Part shown: positions 27,127-36,522 of the stretch, one piece after another | How positions within the stretch are numbered: the first letter of the stretch is position 1 | How the letters are laid out: each line of letters opens with the position of its first letter | Origin: Anthoceros angustus | Lineage: Eukaryota; Plantae; Anthocerotophyta | DNA: 64,000 bases | Direction: 5' to 3' | Assembly (NCBI GenBank): GCA_010909165.1 | Contig: VJWM01000116.1 | Location: 310,001-374,000, forward strand | The notes under the pieces: generated by a model | The model's input: only the letters and a program-made list of their open reading frames with translations | Databases searched by the model: none | What the model was told of the DNA's origin: nothing | Program-made: the position numbers and the translations under genes

Positions 27127-27314
27127 AATCTTACAAGCAAGTTTTGTGTGGATGATATCTTTCCTCGCAATCAATCTTACAAGCAAGTTTTGTGTTGATG
27201 ATATCTTTCCTCGTAATCAATCTTACAAACAAGTTTTGTGTTAATGATATCTTTCCTCCCAATCAATCTTACAAGCAAGTTTTGTGTTGATGATATCTTT
27301 CCTCGCAATCAATC
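27127..27314. repeat. Tandem minisatellite, 46 bp x 4
   Basis: Unit AATCTTACAAGCAAGTTTTGTGTGGATGATATCTTTCCTCGCAATC with 2-4 substitutions per copy and no spacers. Confidence 0.95.
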
Positions 27315-29140
27315 AGGGCCAAATGCTAACTCATAGGTTTGGTATTCTGCAAGCATTCTCTGTAATAGTAGGTGTGATGAAGGAGTAGTTCTCGAAGGCA
27401 ACAAAGACCAAAATGATGTCTCCACGCACTGCATCCCATGTCGTTCTCGACAGACAATGGTTTTCAATCACATCATCAATATAATTGCTTATACAATATT
27501 GGCCACTCATATAGGCCTCACAGTTTTGATGCTTTGAAAACTACTACGCTTGAGGATGAAAAGACATTGTTGAAGAGACGTTGAGAGAAATCTAAGCTTC
27601 CATGTCAGCTAGTTGTTCTTAAGTGATAGATAAAATGATGGAATTTTTTTTAACTTAGTCAACTTGCTTGTGACAAATTGGCATAAGGAAATATGTATAG
27701 TTTTGCGAGTAGATAACACATCATAATGAAATGAGAAGACAGGCCTGTATATTGCTAATATTCTAGCAAACCATTGATGAAGTGGACAATTGAAGGCTGG
27801 GTCAAGAAAGGTATTTAAAGCTGGCCCTACCCTCCTACAAAGCTGGGCCCATAGCTAGGTAGCAGGCTATAAGATAAGTATTTTCTAGAGGTGTGTTGGA
27901 ACATTGGGCTCGGTGAGCCGCCATCATCTTTATGGGTACCTACTAGGGAAGTGTGAAAGCTGAAGACTATAAGATGCATTCCTTATTCTGTAATTCTAAG
28001 GCTGGACAGACTGCATGGCATTGCCCTCAGGCCTTCTAACAATTTCCTTTGTGTCCACCTTGTGATGATTGCTGGCTGACGGGCAGGCTTGCAAGCTGGC
28101 AGCCCTCTTTGCACTTATGTTGCTGACCCTCGTTTCTAGAGTAGTGGATGTCCAGTCCATGTCTCTACCTGTTTGGTCTTGCTACAATTCGCTGCTGTTG
28201 AACCCGGCCCCTGTCACAACTAACGACTGTTTTCCTGAGCCTGGCCGAGGACATCTTGCTCTATGACGAGTGCACTGCTGTAGGAATGTCGTTGCGTGAA
28301 AACTGCTGCTAACCAAATTGCTATGATCTTCTGCTGAGATTGTGTGAGGATCCCGTCACTCAGAGCCTCGTGTTTTTTTCCCTGATCTCGTTCATAACCA
28401 CGAGTGTGTGACTCCCTAACCTTGGAGGCTGCAGGCTACCTTTATACTAGTTGATGCAGAACATCACTCAACAACTGGCACCCCCGGCGGGACGTGTCTC
28501 TGATAGCAGGTTGTGTTGTTGTTGTGAACATTTGCCTTGAGCAAGAAAGCAGCTCTCGCACCCCCCGGGTATCATACACGTTTCCAAACCAACAATCCTT
28601 AGTGACTGTGCGTTTGGCAAAGTTGTGTGAGGGTCTGTGGCTTCACCTTGTGTCCTTACTAGTCGTTGCTCCAGTGAGCATGAAGCCATTTGAGCCCAGT
28701 AGGAAGATAGTGTAGGCGCATTTCTGTTTTTTAGAGTCTGCATCTCCTTGTAAGGTGCCGTTTATTTGCTTTTACAACTTGCTTGGAGTGAGGAACTGCT
28801 CTCCGCTCTGGGAGCAACGAACTAATTGGCTCTTGCTTTCTTCCAATTCGTGGAGCCCTGGACCAGAATTTGCCAGCTCCATCCCGAGGGGTTGTTTCCA
28901 CCGCTGATATGAGGGTTGGGCCAAGAGGGAGCGGGTCTCAACAAGTCTTGCTAATGCCTTTAGGTATGGAGATGAAATTGTCTTGTCATTGGTGTTCTTC
29001 CAGGAGCAGTTTAAGAAGGTTGTCTGCCTTGCATCCGTGGAGTTTATGGCCTTTGATGCCGTCGCTTTAAAGCTCCACTTTCCTTGTCGTCCCGACCTCC
29101 CTCGTGTGTGGCCATAATATAGATATAATAATATTAAATG

Positions 29141-29484
29141 GGGTGCAGCAAATCCATCCTGCTGGCCTGCAGGCTACGATACGAGGGTAGTGGGAGATAC
29201 CGTTCTATTCCCAAATCTCTCTTGAACAAGGTGTCGAAGAGATGTGCAATTGAGAAGGACCTTGTTCTGGGTTGGCGGGTGCATGCTTTCGCGGTGGAAA
29301 AGGGATACCAGTCGGACACAATCCTTTGCAACCACATGCTGCGAATGTATGCTGCTCATGGCAGGTTGCAAGACGCGATGGATGTGTTTGCACTGGTTGC
29401 CAAACCAGACGCCTACACTGTGTCTGCCATAATTTCTGATCATGGTAAACGCGGAGAAGACAAGTAGGCTATACAACTGTATCG
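29141..29484 (+). pseudogene. Truncated duplicate of the 5' part of the PPR gene at 32568
   Basis: High identity to ~32805-33241, with two internal deletions and a CAG>TAG stop at 29465. Confidence 0.92.
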
Positions 29485-29690
29485 TGTTCCCACATTTTGC
29501 AGACATGTCAACCAGACTGTTCCCGAGCACCTCATCAGCTTCCACACCTCGTTCCTGCATCTTCTGTAATGAAGCCTTTTACCCTCACGTAAAGCTCCAC
29601 CAGTAGCACATGCCTTCAGAAGGCGCATATGTAACATCATCGGCTGGAGTGATGCCTCCTCAGTGTTCCCGCCTGTGCGTACATTGGCAT
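29485..29690 (-). pseudogene. Frameshifted PPR (P-L-S) fragment from another locus, fused tail-to-tail to the preceding fragment
   Basis: Broken frames read GNTEEA / QP..DVTY / LLKACATGGALREGKRLH / MQERGVEADEVLGNSLVDMSAKCG. No match to either full-length PPR in this window. Confidence 0.8.
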
Positions 29691-30005
29691 CGTTTGTCCC
29701 TGTTCGTTTTGCATGCCTTGTTTTCTGGCGAGCAAGTCTTGTCAGGTGAAGGTGTGAAATGTCACGCGGCATGCAAACGGCATATTCTTGCGTCTCTTGG
29801 GACGCTGGAACGAGTGGGATTGTGACGAACTGGCAGTAATGCCGGAGTGGGAGCTGCAGTCCGGAACTTGCATGTGTGTGTAGACGGCCCAATACAGATT
29901 TGCAGCGCCGTATCCGCACTGCTCCTGGGAGTACAAATGCGGCTGCCCGCCGCTGCGTCTCTCGGTGTCTGGGATTGTGGATAGGAGATCTGCAGTGGTG
30001 TCGCC

Positions 30006-32018
30006 ATGGGACGTCGCTCTCTGTTGTGGGTGTTGGGTTTGCTCCTGGTGGCGTCCTTGGCCACCGGCGAGCGTGAGGAGCTTCGGCTGGGAGAGGCGGA
30101 GGAGGTGTTCCGCACTGATGGAGGTCGGGTCGAGCAATGGCAGCCCGATAACCGGGCTCTGAGGGATGCTAACGTCGCATCCGCCAGGGTCGTGCTCAAG
30201 CAACGGGGTCTGTTCCTGCCCAAGTACTCTGATTCTGCGGCCGTCGGGTTCGTCGAAGCAGGTGAGAGGACAGCAGAAGGCCGCTTCGAATTCCGACGTC
30301 TCCTGAGCACCGTACATGTGGTGTTGGTGATGGGTGCTGCAGGTCTTTCTTCGTTCTGATTCGAGGTCGAGCTGACAGTGTCGATGGCGCCTGCTTGTGC
30401 AGGTGAGGGCATTGTGGGCGTTCTGAGCGGGTACGCTGAAGGCTCTAGAATCCGTCGGGTGAGGCGCGGCGACGTCGTTGCCTTTCCTCGGGGAGTAGCT
30501 TCGTGGTGGTACAACAGCGGCAATGAGGAGCTCCGCATCCTTGGCTTCGCCGACACATCTGCATCAGAGAACGGGGAATACAACGTAAGGGAAGCTTGTG
30601 ATGGACCGACATCCCTGTTTTGGACACGGATTCGCACAAGAGTCGTGCACCTTGGTGGAGATGGGATCGCAAGTTTGATGGGTGTCCAGTTTTGTATCTG
30701 AATGTGTGTGTTCGCCGCGCAGGCGTTCTATCTGGCCGGTAGAGGACGAGGTGAAGGCAGAAGAAGGCCCAACCGAGGGAAAGGCGGCGAGAGCGAACGG
30801 GAACGGCAGGAACGCGAACGCCGGGAACGGCAGGAACGTGAACGCCAGGAACGAGAGCGTCAGGAACGCGAGGAGCGCGAACGTGAGGGCGACGACAACC
30901 GTGGAGAATCACGTGAGGAGCGCGAAGAACGCGAACGGGAACGGCAGGAGCGTGAACGGGAGCGGGAACGGGAGCGGGAACGGGAGGAACGCGAGCGAAG
31001 GGAGCGGGAAGATCGCAAACGCGGACGGGAACAGGGGGAGGAGTACGGCTCTGTTCTCCAAGGTTTCAGGAGGGAGTTCTTGGCTGAGGCTTGGGATCTG
31101 GACGAGGCGAGAGTGGACGAACTGCTGGACAGCCAAAGGGGCTCGGCCATCGTCTTGGTTGATCGTGAAATCAGGCTGCCCGAGTTCGAGCAGGATTTAA
31201 ACAGGGAGGAGGGTCGCAGCATCTCCCGATCCACCGAGCGGGCCGATCCGCACCTCCGCGAGTACCTGGCCAACGGGGAGTTCGTGTTCAACGTTCGCGA
31301 GGGATCTGCTGATGTGCGCGTCCGGGATGCTGGTTTCTACAACAGCGTCAACAGGTTCAAGCTGCCCATCCTCAGGGCTGTCGACTTGGGTCTCACTTAT
31401 GGCCGTTTGGAGAAAGTGCGCGACGTTTTCTCTCGCCTTGGACTTATGTTTTGTGCAGATGTTGCATGTTGTTGTGATTGTTAACAGATGCTGGTTGTGG
31501 GGTGGTGCAGAATGCGATTTTGGCCCCCCAGTGGTCGCCCACGGGACATGAGGTGGTGCACATCTTGAGGGGTAGTGGCAACCTGCAGGTGGTGGGGCAC
31601 AATGGAGAGCAGCTTGTGGATGGGGAAGTGCGGGAAGGTGAAGCGTATGTGATTCCCCGTTTCCATGCCCACGGCGTTCAGGCTGGCAACGAGGGCTTGG
31701 AGTGGATCAGCTTCTACACCACCGACCAGTGAGGGTTCCTGACTTTTTGCTTTGCTGTGCTGATGTCTGTCTACCTTTTGCTTGGAACCATCTTGTTTAC
31801 TTGCCGGACATCGCATTTGCAGGCCCCTCGTGGAAGCTCTTGCAGGTAGCACCTCCGTGCTGAGGAGGCTTCCGGAGGAAGTGGCAGCAGCAGCCTTCAA
31901 CATCGATATTGCTCAGGTGCGCGAAGCAAGGAAGACTCGGAGGGCGGAGGAGCCGCTTCTGCTGTCACCTGGAGAGAGCCGCCGTGAGAGGAAGCACCAC
32001 TCCATCGCCAGCTACTGA
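30006..32018 (+). CDS. Secreted 11S-globulin/legumin-like bicupin with a ~100-aa Glu/Arg-rich insertion; 5 exons (30006-30261, 30403-30584, 30723-31415, 31511-31728, 31823-32018)
   Basis: Signal peptide; LFLPKYSDS, GDVVAFPRGVASWWYN, FYLAG, FLAEAWDLDE, LPILR, VIPRFH and LAGSTSVLRRLPEEV. GT-AG splices keep the frame. Confidence 0.88.
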
Positions 32019-32567
32019 AAAGCTGCAGGAACATGCTGAAATCAATGGCAGATCAGTGTTCTACCTTGTAGAAATTGCCAAGGAAGGCTATAAGAGAAGT
32101 GTTTTAGGGTTGTTTGGGAGGGACAGTTTTGTTGTGCCAGGCAGCAGCGAGGGAGTGTTCCTCCAGCGAGGATGTTAGGCTTTCCATGTCTATAGACTGC
32201 TTTTGCGTCATGCACTAAACAAAGTTTGCGTTCAGCACTTCCAAATTGTCGACTCTTTGCATTCTCTTCTACACTGAAAGGGCTTCTTCACCAAGCCCAT
32301 GCTCAGCATATCCAGCCACCATGGCAGTCCATGTACCTACATCTGGCTGCTGCCCACGTACACATTGACCTCTCCCATGCCATTCAGAACATCAGGATGG
32401 ACCTGCTGGCCTGATGCCGAATCTCCTACGCTGGCACACGCTCTTGGAACTTCCACAAATACATAATTGTCCGGCTTGACATTGGAATCCCGCAGCTAGA
32501 CGTAGTGCTGCTGACATCCATAATGCTCATTTAGTGCTGCTGGCATGTATAATGCTCAGCGCAAGCC

Positions 32568-35500
32568 ATGGCTGCATGGAGGCCAACTGGTTCTCTAGGA
32601 AAAGCTACTGCGCGCTCGAGGAAGCGACCATTGGCAAACATTGCAACCGCCTGGCGTGGTAACAGGCAGGATAAGTACAGCCTCCGGTCGCCCGACTTCC
32701 GACAGAGGAAGTCCCAGGAGGTCCTCTGGCAGGACAAACTGTGCAAGCCAGCTTGGGTGGATGCACAGCCTGCGGTTGTGGACGTGGACATGGCCCATGG
32801 TGCATCCAAATCCATCGTGAAGCTGAGGGATGACTCTGACCCCCGCAGGCCTGCAGGATACGATACGAGAGTAGTGGGTGATACTGTGAGCGAGCCTTTT
32901 CAACAGGGGCATCTCAGGGATGCTGTTGAGGCTTTGGGACGTCTGGTGCAGACAGACCGTTCTATTCCCAAATCTCTCTTTTACAACGTGTTGAAGAGAT
33001 GTGCAATTGAGAAGGACCTTGTTCTGGGTCGGCGGGTGCATGCTTTTGCGGTGGAAAAGGGATACCAGTCGGACACAATCCTCTGCAACCACATGCTTCG
33101 AATGTATGCTGCTCATGGCAGGTTGCAAGACGCGATGGATGTGTTTGCACTGGTTGCCAAACCAGACGCCTACACTTGGTCTGCCATAATTTCTGCTCAT
33201 GTTAAACACGGAGAAGACAAGCAGGCTATTCAACTGTATCGCCAGATGCGCAGGTCAGGTGTGAAGCCGGATGGGCACGTGTTTGTAGCAGCCCTTCAGG
33301 CTTCGGCAAGGGGAGCAGACTTGAAAGCTGGACAGCAGGTGCATGCTGATGTGTTGGCCACTGGGGTTGAGCCTCATTTGTACGTCTGTAGTTCTTTGGT
33401 GGACATGTATGCAAAGTGTGGCAACTTGGAAGATGCCCAAAGGGTGTTTGACAGACTTGGAAGAAAAGATGTGGTGACTTGGAATGCCATGATAGCAGGG
33501 TATTCCCAGAAGGGCATGGGCCAAGAAGCCCTTTGTCTCTACAGTGCTATGGAAGAAGAGGGCACCGCTGTGCCTACTTCTGTCACATTTGTGTGCCTCC
33601 TGCAGGCATGTGCAAATCTGGGCACCCAGGCGTTGGAGGTAGGGAAGCAGCTTCATGCACGAATCAGAGAACGAGGACATCAGTCTGCTGTGAATGTAGC
33701 CAACAGTCTGGTAAACATGTATGCAAAGTGTGGCAGCTTGGATGAAGCTCAGAGAGTTTTTGATGGACTTTGCCAGAAAGATGTGGTGACATGGACTGCC
33801 ATGATTGCAGGGTACTCCCAGCAGGGCATGGGCCATGAAGCCCTTCGCCTTTACATTGCTATGCAAGGAGATGGCATTGCAATACCCAACACTGTGACGT
33901 TTGTGTGCCTCCTGCAGGCATGTGCAAGCGTTGGGACCCCAGCGTTTGAGATGGGTAAGCAGCTTCATTTGCAAATTAGAGAACGGGGACATCAAGCTGA
34001 TGTGTCGGTAGCTAACGGTTTGGTAAACATGTATTCAAAGTGTGGCAGCTTGGAAGACGCTCGCAGAGTGTTCGACGGACTTGCTGAAAAGGATGTGGTG
34101 ACGTGGAATTCCATGATAGCAGGGTATTCCCAGCACGGCATGGGTCAAGAGGCCCTTTCTCTGTGCAGTGCTATGCAAGAAGAAGGCACAGCCGTGCCAG
34201 ATGGTGTGACATTTGTTTGCCTGCTGCAAGCATGTGCAAGTGTGGGAGCCCCAGCTTTGGAGACGGGGAAGCAACTTCATTCGCAAATTAGAGATGGAGG
34301 ACATGACGCTGCTGTGTTTGTCGCCAACAGTTTGGTAAACATGTATGCAAAGTGCGGCAGCTTGGAGGACTCTCGCAAAGTTTTTGACCAAATTCAGCAA
34401 AAAGATGTCGTGACATGGAATGCCATGATAGCAGGGTATTCTCAGCATGGCATGGGCCAGCAGGCTCTTCGTCTCTACACTGCTATGCAAGAAGAACGCA
34501 ATGCAGTACCCGATTCCGTGACAGTTGTGCACCTCCTGCAAGCATGTGCAAGTGTGGGCAACCCAGCTTTGGAGAAGGGGAAGCAGCTTCATGGTGAAAT
34601 CAGAGAACGAGGACAGCAAGCGGACATGGTTGTAGCCAACAATTTGTTGAATATGTATGCAAAGTGTGGCAGCTTGGAAGAAGCTCATATTGTGTTTGAC
34701 GGACTTGGTCAGAAAGATGTCTTGACATGGAATACTATGATAGCAGGGTATTCCCAGCAGGGTAGGGTCCATGAAGCTCTTTGTATGTACAAAGCTATGG
34801 AAGACGAAGGCCTCATAGTACCCAATTCCATGACATTTGTGCGCCTCCTGCAGGCATGTGCAAGTGTGGGCCCCCCAGCGTTGGAGAAGGGAAAGCAGCT
34901 TCATGTGCAAATCAGAGAGCGAGGACATCAAGCTGATGTGTTTGTAGCCAACAGTTTGGTGAACATGTACGCAAAGTGTGGCAGCTTGGAAGAGTCTCGC
35001 AGAGTGTTTGATGGACTTAGTCAAAAGGATGTGGTTACGTGGAATGCCATGATAGCAGGGTATTCCCAGCAGGGCATGGGCCAGGAAGCCCTTCACCTTT
35101 ACAATGCCATGCAAGAAGAAGGCATTGCAGTACCAGACTGTGTGACATTTGTTTCCCTGCTGCAGGCATGTGCCAGTGTGGGCAGCCAAGCTTTGAAGCA
35201 AGGGGAGCAGCTTCATGCGCATATTAGAGAGCAAGGACATGAAGGTGATGTGTTTGTAGCAAACAGTTTAGTAAACATGTATGCAAAGTGCGGCAGCTTG
35301 GAAGGTGCTCGTAGACTGTTTGATGCACTTGGTCAAAAAGATGTGGTCACATGGACTGCTATGATAGCAGGGTATTCCCAGCAGGGCATGGGCCAGGAGG
35401 CTCTTCGTCTTTACAGTGTTATGCAAGACGAAGGTGTCTATGTACCAGACTGTGTGACGTTTGTGTGCCTCCTGCAAGCATGTGCAAATGTGGCAGCTTT

Positions 35501-36257
35501 GCATCTGGGAAGGCAGCTACATGCACAAATTGTGGATCAAGGGCTTCAAGCTGACGTGTTTGTAGCTGGCAGTTTGATTAACATGTATGGAAAGTGTGGG
35601 AGCATGATTGATGCACAGCAGGTGTTCGATGAATTGCCTAAACGAGATGTTGTCGCCTGGACTGCACTGATTGGGGGCTACACCTGTCAAGGAGACTGTG
35701 AAGCTGTGTTCGACTTGGTCCAGAAGATGGGACAGGATGGGATACAGCCAGTGAGCATCACACTCCTGAGTGTGCTAACAGTATGCAGCCATGCGGGTTT
35801 AGTGAAGAAGGGGAGAGAGCACTTTGAAGCTATGGGCAGGCAATACGGCATTGCTCCCACGGTGGAGCACTATACATGCATGGTGGATCTCCTGGGCCGT
35901 TCAGGCCAACTGGATGAGGCACTAGGTTTGGTAAGGACAATGCCCTTCGTGCCTAATGCTGCAGTTTGGCACACTCTGCTGGGTGCTTGTCAAAAATGGA
36001 GCAATGTGGAAGTGGGACGCCGTGCTTTCGACTATTCAGTGAAGCTCGATAGTAAGGATTCCGCAGCGTACGTGTTGATGTCGAACATTTATAGAGGTGC
36101 TCAAATGTGGGAGCAGGCAAAGGAGATCCAGGCAAGAAGGATCAGAATCAGGGCATGGAAGCAGCCTGGTCAGAGCTGGTGGACAGACATGGATGGACTG
36201 GTCCATACTTTTCTGGTTGGGGAATTGGGATGTAAGAGTCACCAGCGGCTGAAATAG
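32568..36257 (+). CDS. Intronless PLS-class PPR protein, ~29 motifs (7 near-identical 312-bp PLS units) plus E1-E2 and a truncated WW-type PG box
   Basis: DVVTW units recur every 312 bp (33468, 33780, 34092, 34404, 34716, 35028, 35340). Ends QPGQSWWTDMDGLVHTFLVG with no HxE or CxxC deaminase motifs. Confidence 0.95.
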   Translation: MAAWRPTGSLGKATARSRKRPLANIATAWRGNRQDKYSLRSPDFRQRKSQEVLWQDKLCKPAWVDAQPAVVDVDMAHGASKSIVKLRDDSDPRRPAGYDTRVVGDTVSEPFQQGHLRDAVEALGRLVQTDRSIPKSLFYNVLKRCAIEKDLVLGRRVHAFAVEKGYQSDTILCNHMLRMYAAHGRLQDAMDVFALVAKPDAYTWSAIISAHVKHGEDKQAIQLYRQMRRSGVKPDGHVFVAALQASARGADLKAGQQVHADVLATGVEPHLYVCSSLVDMYAKCGNLEDAQRVFDRLGRKDVVTWNAMIAGYSQKGMGQEALCLYSAMEEEGTAVPTSVTFVCLLQACANLGTQALEVGKQLHARIRERGHQSAVNVANSLVNMYAKCGSLDEAQRVFDGLCQKDVVTWTAMIAGYSQQGMGHEALRLYIAMQGDGIAIPNTVTFVCLLQACASVGTPAFEMGKQLHLQIRERGHQADVSVANGLVNMYSKCGSLEDARRVFDGLAEKDVVTWNSMIAGYSQHGMGQEALSLCSAMQEEGTAVPDGVTFVCLLQACASVGAPALETGKQLHSQIRDGGHDAAVFVANSLVNMYAKCGSLEDSRKVFDQIQQKDVVTWNAMIAGYSQHGMGQQALRLYTAMQEERNAVPDSVTVVHLLQACASVGNPALEKGKQLHGEIRERGQQADMVVANNLLNMYAKCGSLEEAHIVFDGLGQKDVLTWNTMIAGYSQQGRVHEALCMYKAMEDEGLIVPNSMTFVRLLQACASVGPPALEKGKQLHVQIRERGHQADVFVANSLVNMYAKCGSLEESRRVFDGLSQKDVVTWNAMIAGYSQQGMGQEALHLYNAMQEEGIAVPDCVTFVSLLQACASVGSQALKQGEQLHAHIREQGHEGDVFVANSLVNMYAKCGSLEGARRLFDALGQKDVVTWTAMIAGYSQQGMGQEALRLYSVMQDEGVYVPDCVTFVCLLQACANVAALHLGRQLHAQIVDQGLQADVFVAGSLINMYGKCGSMIDAQQVFDELPKRDVVAWTALIGGYTCQGDCEAVFDLVQKMGQDGIQPVSITLLSVLTVCSHAGLVKKGREHFEAMGRQYGIAPTVEHYTCMVDLLGRSGQLDEALGLVRTMPFVPNAAVWHTLLGACQKWSNVEVGRRAFDYSVKLDSKDSAAYVLMSNIYRGAQMWEQAKEIQARRIRIRAWKQPGQSWWTDMDGLVHTFLVGELGCKSHQRLK

Positions 36258-36522
36258 TCATTGCGGACATTTCGAAGAATCCGTCCTCGCCAGACATATC
36301 TGATGATAGCAGGGAAGTAGTATTTTCTAAGACGGGCATGCTGGTAGTAATCAAAGGTGACCAGAGCCCCACCTCGTAATATACAGTTGTTGTACTTGTG
36401 TGTCAACAAGTTACTTGTGATTTCTAGGCAGGCCGACCACAGGGCGTCGGAGAATTGTGTATTGCAAATGCACTCTGCCTGTTAAGACAAGGGACATACA
36501 ACAGTAGTACAAGCACTCATCC

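Noticed and set aside
27127-27314. CRISPR-like array (also considered for the 82-bp and 166-bp arrays)
   Set aside because: Pure tandem repeats with no unique spacers, no cas genes, eukaryotic context.
28069-28312. Possible small secreted Cys-rich peptide
   Set aside because: No in-frame ATG before the hydrophobic segment, needs a frameshift, and no family recognised.
28400-29100. Possible decayed transposon coding remnant
   Set aside because: No RT, integrase, transposase or helicase motif could be recognised.
31272-31277. Asn-Gly as the canonical legumin alpha/beta cleavage site
   Set aside because: Spacing to the downstream AD motif is shorter than in legumins and the LEET-IC context is absent; probably not homologous.
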